From positions 122,288-186,287 of the forward strand of contig CP174359.1 in the NCBI GenBank assembly GCA_045401115.1: 64,000 bases of DNA, read 5' to 3'. Of the stretch, positions 1-9,473 are shown in pieces (the stretch's first letter is position 1; each line of letters opens with the position of its first letter). Made by a program: the position numbers and the translations under genes. The stretch is from Candidatus Phycocordibacter aenigmaticus (GTDB lineage: Bacteria; Patescibacteriota; Minisyncoccia; Phycocordibacterales; Phycocordibacteraceae). The notes under the pieces are model-generated. The model had not been told where the DNA came from. It worked only from the letters and a program-made list of their open reading frames with translations, and did not search any database.

Positions 1-2913
1 AAACACATATTCGGCGATAAACGGCGTGAAAGGTGCTAATAATTTTGCGGTTTCTCTAAGAACAAAACGTACCGTACTCAATGCAGCTGCGCAGTCCTCG
101 CTTTCTTCTTTAAAACGATCACGAGAACGTCGTGCATACCACGTAGAAAGGTCATCAATAAAACTCATAAGGGGTCGCGATGCACGATCCAACTCATAGC
201 GGTCCATATTGTGCCGTACCTCTGTTTCAGTTTCAGCAAGACGTGCCACAATCCATTGGTCTAACACATGCTGTGTATGTGGCACTGCATCATGCATACT
301 CTTTTCTCGGTACAATTCATACAGTGAAAGCACGTTTGTAAAACGACCAATGAGTTTTGAGGCAACTTCTGCGACACTCTTTTCGGTAAAACTAAAATCT
401 TCTGCTCGCACTGCCGGAGACGAAAGTAAGTAGTACCGGACGGCGTCAGCGCCGTACTGATCAACAATCTCCATAGGATCAGGATAATTCTTTAATTTCT
501 TCGACATCTTCTGCCCGTCCTCAGCCAGTACCGTGCCATTTACAATGACATTTTTATATGGCGCACGACCAAAGAGCCCGGTTCCTAACACTAAAAGCGA
601 GTAAAACCATCCACGTGTTTGATCCAACCCTTCGGCAATAAAGTCAGCTGGATATCCCTTCGTCTTTTTAAACCACCCTGTTTTCGGTTCAAATGTATCG
701 GTATTTTCAAATGGGTAATGCTGTTGCGCCAATGGCATCGAGCCTGACTCAAACCAACAGTCGAACACATCAGAAACACGTTCAAGCGACTCACCGGTTT
801 CATCAACAAGTTGCACCTCGTCAATATATGGCCGATGGAAATCAAGTTCGTAGTCGCGGTTATGCGGCAACGGCACAAAATCAATCTCTTTTGGCTCTCC
901 TTTTACTGGATAGCACGCCTCCCAATGAGCGACTGTTTCTTTTTTATCCAGCCCTTGCGTCACTGCCGCCAAAAGCGCCAACGGGTCGCCATGTGAAATG
1001 ATAAGTATTTTTTTGTTCTCATACTTTCCCTCAAGTTCATACAACACCTCCCCCATACGGCGCCGTACATCGTTCCAATTTTCACCACCCTCTGGAGCAT
1101 GTTCAAAACGGTCAAGACTGATCGGATATTTCGCAGCAAACTCCTTATACGGTGTTCCTTCCGCTACACCATGTTCCAATTCACGCACTCGCTCATCAAA
1201 CACCACCTGCTCTTTTGAAAGCCCAAGCTCTTTGGCAACCAGCTCCGCAGTCTGCCGGGCACGCAACACCGGCGACGCAATAATCAGATCCACACCGTTC
1301 AATTTCTCCTGTGCCGCACGACGCACGTCCTCTTCTCCTTTTGACGTCAGTGGGTACGGCGCGTCAAACGCATCAGTCACGATGCTTGGGGAAACATTTT
1401 TTTCACTCTCTCCATGCCGCATCACCATATATGTGTTTCCGGAACGTTTGGTATGTTTTTTTAAGTCATCCAAAGAACCGACAACCTTCATATCACCGGC
1501 AGTGTTTTTCCATACAGGAATTGGAGCGCCCCAATAACGCGCACGTGAGATAGACCAGTCACGCACATTCTCAAGCCAATTACCAAAACGCTTCTCTCCC
1601 ACCTCGGGCGGCACCCAATTAATTTTTTTATTTTCTGAAACGAGTGCGTCTTTTATTTTCTTTGTCTCAACAAACCATGAAGTGGTTGCGTAATTCAGTA
1701 GCGGTGTATCACAGCGCCAACAATGCGGGTATGAATGTGTAATTTTTTCCTTTTTAAAAAGTATCCCTGCATGCGCAAGATGTTTAATAATCTCAATATC
1801 AGTTGCCTGATGATCATCACGCGGTTTTACCTGCATACCCGCAAAATCAGAAACCGCTGATACGAACACACCTTCTTTATCTACATGATGTACGATCGGG
1901 ATGTTTTTTTCTTGTGCAAGCGCAAGGTCATCAGCACCAAACGCCGGGGCAAGATGCACAATACCGGTACCATCCTCAACAGTGACATAATCTGCATGAT
2001 ATATCTGCCACGCATGCTCTTTATGTTCAAGCGCATTATCTGTGTAGTAATTAAATGGTGGAATGTATTTTTTACCCACCAAGAAACTTCCTGCAACCTC
2101 ACGCTCAATCGTAGCGTCTTCAAAAAAGTCTTCGACGCGCTCTTTTGCCACATAAAAAATACCCTCGTCAGTTTTTACCGCAGCATATGTTATTTCGTTA
2201 TTAACCGCTGCAGCCATGTTCCCTGGGAGCGTCCATGGCGTTGTGGTCCACGCCAACACATAACTACCTGGTTCATCCACTAATTCAAGTTTTACGGTAA
2301 CAGAAAAATCTTTTATATCCTTATACCCCTGTGCTACCTCAAAGTTTGAGAGCGTCGTGCCACACCGTGGACACAGATGCATTGATTTAAACCCCTCATA
2401 CACCAATCCTTTACTGCGTAATTGTGCAAAAATCCACCAAATCGATTCCGTATATGTCCAATCCATAGTGCGGTAATCATTCTCCATATCAACCCACCGA
2501 CCAAAGCGCGGTACTACTTTTTTCCACTCATCTGCATAACGCAACACGGCACTCCGCGCAGCTTCATTAAATGTTTCAATTCCTAACTCTTCAATATCCT
2601 TCTTATTTTTAAGGCCAAGTTCTTTTTCTATCTGATTTTCCAATGGCAAGCCGTGTGTGTCCCACCCCCACCGACGCCGCACATGGTACCCACGCATAGT
2701 TTTATACCGCGGGATAGCGTCTTTAATGGTGCCTGCAAGTAAATGCCCATAGTGTGGCAACCCCGTAGCAAACGGTGGTCCATCATAAAATACAAATTCC
2801 TTCCCTCCTTCTGTTTGCGTGAGCGTTTGTTCAAAAATATTCTGTTCATTCCAAAACGCGAGCATCTCTTCCTCGCGCTTTGCGGTCTCCGATTTCTTTT
2901 GTTCGTCTGCCAT
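1..2913 (-). CDS. ileS: Isoleucine--tRNA ligase, type 2-like; C-terminus runs off the window; carries an inserted histidine-phosphatase domain
   Basis: Manual translation from ATG 2913 gives FVFYDGPPFATGLPHYGHLLAGTIKD, WGWDTHGLPLE, DVFDCWFESGSMP and DGQKMSKKLKNYPDP (KMSKK at 510-496), all in one frame. It is absent from the ORF track because the stop lies outside the window. Confidence 0.96.
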   Translation of the reverse strand, partial: MADEQKKSETAKREEEMLAFWNEQNIFEQTLTQTEGGKEFVFYDGPPFATGLPHYGHLLAGTIKDAIPRYKTMRGYHVRRRWGWDTHGLPLENQIEKELGLKNKKDIEELGIETFNEAARSAVLRYADEWKKVVPRFGRWVDMENDYRTMDWTYTESIWWIFAQLRSKGLVYEGFKSMHLCPRCGTTLSNFEVAQGYKDIKDFSVTVKLELVDEPGSYVLAWTTTPWTLPGNMAAAVNNEITYAAVKTDEGIFYVAKERVEDFFEDATIEREVAGSFLVGKKYIPPFNYYTDNALEHKEHAWQIYHADYVTVEDGTGIVHLAPAFGADDLALAQEKNIPIVHHVDKEGVFVSAVSDFAGMQVKPRDDHQATDIEIIKHLAHAGILFKKEKITHSYPHCWRCDTPLLNYATTSWFVETKKIKDALVSENKKINWVPPEVGEKRFGNWLENVRDWSISRARYWGAPIPVWKNTAGDMKVVGSLDDLKKHTKRSGNTYMVMRHGESEKNVSPSIVTDAFDAPYPLTSKGEEDVRRAAQEKLNGVDLIIASPVLRARQTAELVAKELGLSKEQVVFDERVRELEHGVAEGTPYKEFAAKYPISLDRFEHAPEGGENWNDVRRRMGEVLYELEGKYENKKILIISHGDPLALLAAVTQGLDKKETVAHWEACYPVKGEPKEIDFVPLPHNRDYELDFHRPYIDEVQLVDETGESLERVSDVFDCWFESGSMPLAQQHYPFENTDTFEPKTGWFKKTKGYPADFIAEGLDQTRGWFYSLLVLGTGLFGRAPYKNVIVNGTVLAEDGQKMSKKLKNYPDPMEIVDQYGADAVRYYLLSSPAVRAEDFSFTEKSVAEVASKLIGRFTNVLSLYELYREKSMHDAVPHTQHVLDQWIVARLAETETEVRHNMDRYELDRASRPLMSFIDDLSTWYARRSRDRFKEESEDCAAALSTVRFVLRETAKLLAPFTPFIAEYVF

Positions 2914-2952
2914 ATAGCCTTCTTATAATATCACTTACCTATCTTGAGTAAT

Positions 2953-2979
2953 AAAAAACCTCCCGCGTTGCAGAAGGTT
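2953..2979 (-). terminator. Intrinsic terminator of the ileS leader (attenuator)
   Basis: Minus strand AACCTTCTGC-AAC-GCGGGAGGTT followed by TTTT, about 40 nt upstream of the ileS ATG. Confidence 0.85.
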
Positions 2980-3012
2980 GGTGGTGCACAATCATTACCT
3001 CCCGCGTTGCGG

Positions 3013-3048
3013 CTAGATAATAATTGCGATGATAGCGCGTGCTGTCAT
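3013..3048 (-). CDS. ileS leader peptide MTARAIIAIII (5 Ile in the last 6 codons)
   Basis: ATG ACA GCA CGC GCT ATC ATC GCA ATT ATT ATC TAG, directly upstream of the antiterminator/terminator and ileS. Confidence 0.85.
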   Translation of the reverse strand: MTARAIIAIII

Positions 3049-3058
3049 AAACCCTCTT

Positions 3059-3086
3059 ATCATACGTGTGCTCACTAAGCTGTCAA
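3059..3086 (-). promoter_or_regulatory. Sigma70 promoter of the ileS leader
   Basis: TTGACA (3086-3081), 16 nt spacer, TATGAT (3064-3059), 10 nt before the leader ATG. Confidence 0.75.
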
Positions 3087-3142
3087 ACGCCTCTTCTGTT
3101 CAATACTTGGTACTACAATCCGCTTGTGTGGTAGATCCAAAA

Positions 3143-3447
3143 AGGAGTTCTAAAACCAGACAAGGTTCGAGATGCTAAGGTTTTTTACCATGAGCCGTAC
3201 TTTGTAGATACGGTGAGTAGTATACAAACCAAAAGCAATGAAGAAATTCACGTGTTTAAGGATTTTTTAAACGCGATGAAATGCAAGGCATCAACAAAAG
3301 CAGTCCACGTGTTGCGCAATGCTCAGGAGATATAAAACAAGATGAAGTTCGAGACGCTAAGGTTTTTTACCATGAGCCGTACTGTTAGCTACGGCGAATG
3401 GTAAAAAGACCGAAAGCAACGAAGAAATTCGCTTGTTTTATATCTCC
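3143..3447. repeat. Two tandem copies of a structured MITE/REP-like element (cores about 3165-3249 and 3347-3430)
   Basis: Shared GTTCGAGAYGCTAAGGTTTTTTACCATGAGCCGTAC...TACGGYGA...AAAGCAAYGAAGAAATTC. The second copy is bounded by a perfect 16-bp inverted repeat (3326-3341 / 3432-3447). Confidence 0.8.
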
Positions 3448-3449
3448 GC

Positions 3450-5111
3450 CTACATCCGCTCAGGCGCTTCAATACCCAACAACCACAACCCATTCTCCAT
3501 CGTATGCGCAAACGCACGCACTACAGAAAGGTAGTACGCTTCGTGCTCACTGCCGATAATACGGTTCGCGGTATACCAACTATTAAATGCGCTCGCCAAC
3601 TCAGTCAAATAGTTTGTAACATAGTGTGGTTCATACTCGCGCGCGGCACGCTCAACCATATCAGGGAAACGCAACAACAAGCGCTCCATTTCACTTATGT
3701 CCTCAGGTCCCGACGCCGCATCGTCTAGAGCACCATCCTTACCGTCCGCTTTTTCAAGTACACTCTGCGCGCGCACGTAGCTGTACTGCAGGTATGGCCC
3801 CGAATCCCCGTCAAACGAAAGCGCTTTCTCAGGGTCAAATGTAATATTCTTACTTTTTGCTTGTTTTAAAATACCGTACTTAATAGCTGCTACCGCAACC
3901 GCATTCACTATCGCATCTTTTTCACTTCCTAAATCTCGCTCGGCAGTCTGCTCCTCGACTGCACTACGCATATCAGTAATGAGCCCTTCTCCTGAAATAA
4001 TATTTCCCTTCCGAGAAGACATTTTTCCTGAAACCAACTGCATCATCCCGAATGTTGCATGTGTATATACTCCCTCCATTTCGGGCCACAGTTCATACAA
4101 TGCACCACGCACTACTTTGAAAAACGTATCCTGCTCTACCGCAACTGTTGTGATATTCAAATCGTACGGCACAATATCGTACTTCACTTTCGCCAACCCT
4201 AATTCTTTAGTCTCATATGTTGGCAGACCCTTACTGGTTATAAACACGCGCGTATGCGCTCCCACCTTTTCTCCTTTGTATACGGTTGCACCATCGCTTT
4301 CTTCAAACACACCCGTCGAAAGCCCCTTCTGCACCATATCCAATCCAACCGATGCGGTTTCAGTTTCAAACGCATAGTGGTCATACCGTGTCCCCAGCGC
4401 GTTATAAATACCTTCAAACGCATCGAGGGATGCTTTGCGTCCCTTTTGATACACCTCGTTCTGTGTAAGATCCTCCTCGTACAATTTTTTATTCAAAGCA
4501 TCAATCTCTTCTTTTGCGTCGGGGTCATTCTCATACGCTTCGTTCCCTGCGACATATGCCGCACCAAGCGCGGTAACATCTTCTGGAGAACCACCAATCT
4601 TAACAAGCCCCCAAACACCTTTGGCAACATGCAGTCCAATATCTCCTTGATAATTAAAACGCACCACATGCGCACCTGAATATTCAATCAAACGCGAGAT
4701 AGCTTCACCAACTGAAATCGACATTAAATGTCCGATATGGAATGGTTTAAATATATTCGGCTGCCCATACTCAACCACCACCTGTTTGTTTTTAAACACC
4801 TCATTCTTCCCAAACTCCGCATCAACACCATGGACCACTTGAGCAATATACTCCCGGCTCAAGGTGAAATTAATAAAACCGGGCCCTGCCGGCTCTATCT
4901 TTGACACTCCCTCTATAGTACCCAGTTCAGCAATAATGTTCTCCGCCAACACACGTGGGTTCTCTCCTGCCTTTTTCGCCGCAACCATGGCCGCATTCGT
5001 CGCAAAGTCACCATGCGCCATGTCCGCTGGATATTCAAGTTCCACCGCAACTCCTTCTAAATCAAGCGCATTGAGTGCTTGATGTATCTTTTCTTTAAGT
5101 ACCTCTTGCAT
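3450..5111 (-). CDS. argS: Arginine--tRNA ligase
   Basis: HGDFATN, GPGFINF, PNIFKPFHIGH, KMSSRKG, GPYLQY and C-terminal APERM. Start placed at the ATG 7 nt after TATAAT. Confidence 0.97.
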   Translation of the reverse strand: MQEVLKEKIHQALNALDLEGVAVELEYPADMAHGDFATNAAMVAAKKAGENPRVLAENIIAELGTIEGVSKIEPAGPGFINFTLSREYIAQVVHGVDAEFGKNEVFKNKQVVVEYGQPNIFKPFHIGHLMSISVGEAISRLIEYSGAHVVRFNYQGDIGLHVAKGVWGLVKIGGSPEDVTALGAAYVAGNEAYENDPDAKEEIDALNKKLYEEDLTQNEVYQKGRKASLDAFEGIYNALGTRYDHYAFETETASVGLDMVQKGLSTGVFEESDGATVYKGEKVGAHTRVFITSKGLPTYETKELGLAKVKYDIVPYDLNITTVAVEQDTFFKVVRGALYELWPEMEGVYTHATFGMMQLVSGKMSSRKGNIISGEGLITDMRSAVEEQTAERDLGSEKDAIVNAVAVAAIKYGILKQAKSKNITFDPEKALSFDGDSGPYLQYSYVRAQSVLEKADGKDGALDDAASGPEDISEMERLLLRFPDMVERAAREYEPHYVTNYLTELASAFNSWYTANRIIGSEHEAYYLSVVRAFAHTMENGLWLLGIEAPERM

Positions 5112-5189
5112 CTTTTGCATTATACAAGGATACAGTGTCGGCACCAGTAACGTTTGACAAACACACTAAAAAAATACATTCTAATCACC

Positions 5190-5420
5190 ATGAATAAAGA
5201 ATCTATAAGTGTCTGGAGAGGGTTGGAAGCTTTTGCTGGCATAGTTGGTGTTTTTACCACCCTGCTTCTTCTCGACAGCGTTGGTGATGCCGAAGAGTGG
5301 TACGATCTTCTTGAAGACCACGATTCTGCAGAAAGCTTACCCGAGCTTCTCTTTGCTGAAGCAGGCATTCTTGGGGTCATGGCTCTCTCAGAGGTAATGC
5401 ATAGAATCACCCGCAACTAG
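5190..5420 (+). CDS. Small orphan membrane protein (2 hydrophobic segments)
   Basis: ORF MNKESISVWRG..., with TTGACA at 5154 upstream and a terminator at 5435-5461 downstream. Confidence 0.6.
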   Translation: MNKESISVWRGLEAFAGIVGVFTTLLLLDSVGDAEEWYDLLEDHDSAESLPELLFAEAGILGVMALSEVMHRITRN

Positions 5421-5434
5421 TGCCCATCCTAAAC

Positions 5435-5461
5435 AAAAACCACCGCACTGCGGTGGTTTTT
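5435..5461. terminator. Bidirectional intrinsic terminator
   Basis: AAAAACCACCGCA-C-TGCGGTGGTTTTT between convergent genes. Confidence 0.8.
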
Positions 5462-5487
5462 AAATATAAAGGACTGTCCTTTATATT

Positions 5488-6747
5488 TTATACAAACGTA
5501 TCAGGAATCGGGAATTTCCCGGCAAGGGTACGGATCTCATCACGTACACGCTCTTTGACTGATGCATCATCTTTATTTTTAAGCACTTCGAGCATCAACT
5601 CGGCCACACGTGTACACTCTGCTTCACCAAACCCACGCGTGGTAATAGCAGGGGTACCAAAGCGAATGCCTGACGGATCAAGTGGTTTACGCGGATCATC
5701 AGCAATCACGTTCTTATTAAGCGTGATACCCACCTCGTCCAACACATGCTCCGCGTCCGCGCCGGTGATTCCGAGTGAACCGTACACATCCGCCAAAATA
5801 AGATGGTTACTGGTTCCCCCACCGAGCATACGTACACCAGCTTTCTCAAACACACCTGCCATAGCGTGTGCATTCTGAATGACTTGACCGGCATAAACTT
5901 CAAAGCTGGGCTGCAGCGCCTCACCAAAAGCAACCGCTTTAGCAGCAATCACATTCATGTGTGGACCACCTTGGAGACCTGGAAATACTGCCTTATCTAT
6001 TTTCTTTGCGATATCAGCATCCTCACGCACGAGTACCATGCCACCACGTGGACCGCGCAGTGTTTTATGCGTCGTGGTCGTCATCACATCAAAACCTGCA
6101 TCAAATGGGTTGCGCAGTGCCTTGCCGGCGATAAGTCCGGCAATATGCGCGATGTCGAACACCGCCAACGCTCCCACTTCCCGCGCGATGGATACAAACG
6201 CGTCATAATCCAGTTCACGTGAGTACGCAGAAAAACCAGCAAGCACCATCTTCGGTTTTTCCCGTTTCGCCACTTCACGCATCTCGTCATAATCAATCTC
6301 CCCTGTTTCAGGATCTTTCATTTTATAGCGGACGAAATTATAAATCTTTGCCGGCAGTGTTACCGGGTGCCCATGCGTTAAGTGTCCGCCATGCGACAGG
6401 TCCATGCCCAACACTGTGTCCCCTGGTTCGAGAAGCGCCGCGTACATGGCAAGATTTGCGGGCGCACCCGAGAGCGGCTGCACATTTGCATAGCTACAGT
6501 TAAATAATTCTTTCGCGCGATCGCGTGCAAGGTTCTCTACGACGTCGGTATATTCCTGCCCGCCATAGTACCGAGCGCCCGGGTACCCTTCCGAGTATTT
6601 GTTGGTCATCACGCTTCCCAGCGCTTCGCGCACAGGTCGTGATACATAATTTTCAGAAGGAATAAGTTCGAGCCCTTCCGCTTGACGCTTTTCTTCGTTG
6701 GTAATTGCGCCTGCTACTGCTTCATCTTGTGTGTTCAGAAAATCCAT
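5488..6747 (-). CDS. glyA: Serine hydroxymethyltransferase
   Basis: LIPSENY, NKYSEGYPGARYYGG, GGHLTHG and the PLP lysine motif TTTTHKTLRGPRGG. Confidence 0.98.
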   Translation of the reverse strand: MDFLNTQDEAVAGAITNEEKRQAEGLELIPSENYVSRPVREALGSVMTNKYSEGYPGARYYGGQEYTDVVENLARDRAKELFNCSYANVQPLSGAPANLAMYAALLEPGDTVLGMDLSHGGHLTHGHPVTLPAKIYNFVRYKMKDPETGEIDYDEMREVAKREKPKMVLAGFSAYSRELDYDAFVSIAREVGALAVFDIAHIAGLIAGKALRNPFDAGFDVMTTTTHKTLRGPRGGMVLVREDADIAKKIDKAVFPGLQGGPHMNVIAAKAVAFGEALQPSFEVYAGQVIQNAHAMAGVFEKAGVRMLGGGTSNHLILADVYGSLGITGADAEHVLDEVGITLNKNVIADDPRKPLDPSGIRFGTPAITTRGFGEAECTRVAELMLEVLKNKDDASVKERVRDEIRTLAGKFPIPDTFV

Positions 6748-6805
6748 ATCTTTATATAAGGTTAAGAGAAAATAATAAAAAGATGTGGAGGTGTTATGTC
6801 ATACG

Positions 6806-7423
6806 TCACTGTATTTCTTTCATAATAACGTGCTTAACTGCCTCACGCACTTCATCTTGTGTCTGCCCAGCATCAATAATTGTGTGTGGACGCTCAGCTA
6901 AGTACTCTTTCATACCAATGCGCACATTTTGATGAAACTCAAGCTTCTTATCATCAAAAACATTATTATCCTCTGCCGCTCCATTCCTGCGTGCAATCCC
7001 TATTTCAGGGTCAACATCAAGTAAAATCGTATGGTCAGGTATTGCACCATCGACCGCCAGTGCATCAACACGAAGAAAGAAATCTTTATACGCATCACTT
7101 CCTCCCGCAATTATTTGATAGGCATATGTTGAAGCAGAAAAACGATCACAAATAACATGGGTCCCCTCTTTAAGGGCAGGAATCACTTTATTTAAAACAT
7201 GTTCACGACGCGCTGCTTCAAAAAGTAAAATCTGTGTGAGCGAGTCTAAATCATCATCCCGATGTTTTAAAATAACTTCACGAATTTCTTCTGCATTAAA
7301 TGTTCCACCTGGTTCGCGAGTGAAAAGTATATGCTCTGCGCTCAGTTCATCCTTCAACCACGAAATAGCACTTGATTTTCCTGCCCCTTCACCGCCTTCA
7401 AGTACTATAAATTTTCCTTTCAT
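6806..7423 (-). CDS. tmk: Thymidylate (dTMP) kinase
   Basis: FIVLEGGEGAGKSS P-loop, TREPGGT, ICDRFSASTYAYQ. Confidence 0.96.
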   Translation of the reverse strand: MKGKFIVLEGGEGAGKSSAISWLKDELSAEHILFTREPGGTFNAEEIREVILKHRDDDLDSLTQILLFEAARREHVLNKVIPALKEGTHVICDRFSASTYAYQIIAGGSDAYKDFFLRVDALAVDGAIPDHTILLDVDPEIGIARRNGAAEDNNVFDDKKLEFHQNVRIGMKEYLAERPHTIIDAGQTQDEVREAVKHVIMKEIQ

Positions 7424-7424
7424 A

Positions 7425-7760
7425 TTATCGATTGTCTCCTTCACTTTTTATAACATCACGCTTTGCACGGTCGGCAAGTTTGGCAATATTCGCTTCTGCA
7501 ACATCATCAAAAGAAATACCGAGAGCATCCGCAAACTGCGAAAGATACCACAGCACATCACCAAGTTCTTTTTTAAGATCTTCGCGCTTCTCGTCCGTAA
7601 CCACACCATCATCATTGCGCACCACCTTTTTTAATTTTTCCACAACCTCTCCTGATTCACCGGCAAGCCCCATCGAAAGATACATCAACATAAATTGTGC
7701 CCCTTTCTCTGTTTGAGTGTTCGTGCTCGACGCTTTGGTTTGATAGTCGTTAAAATCCAT
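7425..7760 (-). CDS. MazG-like nucleoside triphosphate pyrophosphohydrolase
   Basis: [15 protein letters not shown]...KELGDVLWY...NIAKLADR...GDNR. Confidence 0.9.
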   Translation of the reverse strand: MDFNDYQTKASSTNTQTEKGAQFMLMYLSMGLAGESGEVVEKLKKVVRNDDGVVTDEKREDLKKELGDVLWYLSQFADALGISFDDVAEANIAKLADRAKRDVIKSEGDNR

Positions 7761-7787
7761 ATTCAATCTCTGATACACTATACCCTG

Positions 7788-8621
7788 ATGGAACAGCAGT
7801 ATCTAGACCTTCTCCAAAATATCCTTACAAATGGGTCCGATCGCATGGACAGAACCGGTGTGGGTACCCGCGCCTTGTTTGGACACCAAATGCGCTTTGA
7901 TCTAGCACGTAGTTTCCCTGCAGTTACTACCAAAAAACTCGCTTTTAAGGCAGTAAAGAGTGAGTTGTTATGGTTTTTAGAAGGGTCACGTGATGATAAC
8001 CGCTTGAAAGAATTAAACGGGAGCGAAAAAACAATTTGGACAGCCAACGGTGAAGCTGACTACTGGAAACCAAAAGCGCAGTTCCCGGGCGATCTGGGGC
8101 GTGTGTATGGGGTGCAGTGGAGAAGCTGGCAAAAACCGGACGGTGGCACCGTCGATCAAATTGCAGAAGTGATTGAGAAAATTAAAACCAACCCGACCGA
8201 CCGACGACTTATCGTCACCGCCTGGAACCCCGGAGAACTTGATCAAATGGCACTACCGCCGTGCCACATGTTCTTCCAATTTTTTGTTGCTGATGGCAAA
8301 CTTTCGCTCTTTATGCACCAAAGAAGTTGTGACATGTTCCTTGGGGTACCGTTTAATATTGCCTCGTATTCACTCCTCCTCGCGATGGTGGCACAGGTCA
8401 CCGGCCTTGAAGCTGGGGAATTTGTGCACTCACTTGGCGATGCACATATCTATAACAACCATTTTGATCAAGTGAAAGAGCAGCTCACCCGTGAACCACT
8501 TACGCCGCCAACACTCTGGCTTAACCCTGAAGTGAAAGATATCGACGGCTTTACCATGGACGATATCAAGCTTGAAAACTACGAACACCATCCGCCTATT
8601 AAAGCCGAGATGGCAGTATAA
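7788..8621 (+). CDS. thyA: Thymidylate synthase
   Basis: [41 protein letters not shown]. Confidence 0.98.
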   Translation: MEQQYLDLLQNILTNGSDRMDRTGVGTRALFGHQMRFDLARSFPAVTTKKLAFKAVKSELLWFLEGSRDDNRLKELNGSEKTIWTANGEADYWKPKAQFPGDLGRVYGVQWRSWQKPDGGTVDQIAEVIEKIKTNPTDRRLIVTAWNPGELDQMALPPCHMFFQFFVADGKLSLFMHQRSCDMFLGVPFNIASYSLLLAMVAQVTGLEAGEFVHSLGDAHIYNNHFDQVKEQLTREPLTPPTLWLNPEVKDIDGFTMDDIKLENYEHHPPIKAEMAV

Positions 8622-8653
8622 AAAACAAAAGCGCATAACTGCGCTTTTGTTTT
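8622..8653. terminator. Bidirectional terminator
   Basis: AAAACAAAAGCGCA-TAAC-TGCGCTTTTGTTTT between convergent thyA and the MazG-like gene. Confidence 0.8.
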
Positions 8654-8972
8654 AAGGATCGTCACGTGTTGGCACGCGCACTACTGCACCGTTGTCGAGC
8701 TTCTTATACTCGCGTTTCTCATTTATTTCAATTTTACGTTTTATCTCCTCCTCTAAATCAAAATCAAGTATTTCTGAAACACCAAGCAAGAAGATAGCGA
8801 CATCCGCCAACTCTTCAGCAACACCATCTTCTTTAAGGTTATATTTTTTAAATGCTTCAGAAAGTTCTTCATGCGCACGACAAAACTCCATTGCCACATC
8901 AGTTGTATTAAACCCTTTTTGCACTTTGTTTGCGTAGACACGCTTCTGTAATTTTTTTAAATCAACAGTCAT
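8652..8972 (-). CDS. MazG-like pyrophosphatase
   Basis: EELSEAF...AEELADVAIFLL...KIEINEKR. Confidence 0.85.
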   Translation of the reverse strand: MTVDLKKLQKRVYANKVQKGFNTTDVAMEFCRAHEELSEAFKKYNLKEDGVAEELADVAIFLLGVSEILDFDLEEEIKRKIEINEKREYKKLDNGAVVRVPTRDDP

Positions 8973-8974
8973 AG

Positions 8975-9451
8975 TTACTGGTTTTCGTACTGTTCCACTT
9001 TGTTATCAATAATTTCAAGTGCCACTCCAGCTTCAGTAAACACTTCTTTTGAACGGGCGGCTGCATGATAGTCTTTCTGCGCAACCACACGCACAATACC
9101 CGCGTTAATAATCATTTTTGCGCAGGTGTAACACGGTGTCATGTTGCAGTATAACGTCGCACCATCAAGCGCCACCCCGTCACGCGCAGCGAGTGCAATG
9201 GCATTTTGTTCTGCATGTGTTGTACGAATACAATGTTGTGACTCATGTCCATCGTCATGCACTACCGTATGCATTTCATGCCCTACTTCGTCACAGTCCT
9301 TACACCTCATCGGCGCACCAACATAACCACTTGAAAGAATGCGCCGGTCGCGTACTATCACCGATCCTGAACGTCCCCGATCACACGTTGCTCGTCCAGC
9401 AATCGCTTTGATCATTTCAAGAAAATATTCATCCCATGTTGGTCGACTCAT
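8975..9451 (-). CDS. dCMP deaminase family (ComEB-like) zinc deaminase
   Basis: RPTWDEYFL, HAEQNAI and the PCYTC zinc motif. Confidence 0.93.
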   Translation of the reverse strand: MSRPTWDEYFLEMIKAIAGRATCDRGRSGSVIVRDRRILSSGYVGAPMRCKDCDEVGHEMHTVVHDDGHESQHCIRTTHAEQNAIALAARDGVALDGATLYCNMTPCYTCAKMIINAGIVRVVAQKDYHAAARSKEVFTEAGVALEIIDNKVEQYENQ

Positions 9452-9473
9452 TTACTTGGTATTATAACGTAGT

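Noticed and set aside
209-2928. Short ORF-track entries over the first 2.9 kb
   Set aside because: All are shadow or off-frame ORFs of the ileS gene, which the track missed.
2914-3140. T-box riboswitch upstream of ileS
   Set aside because: No T-box consensus or long stem I is visible and the leader is short. The Ile-rich uORF explains the terminator better.
3143-3447. CRISPR array
   Set aside because: There are only two long structured copies with no regular repeat-spacer period, and no cas genes anywhere in the window.
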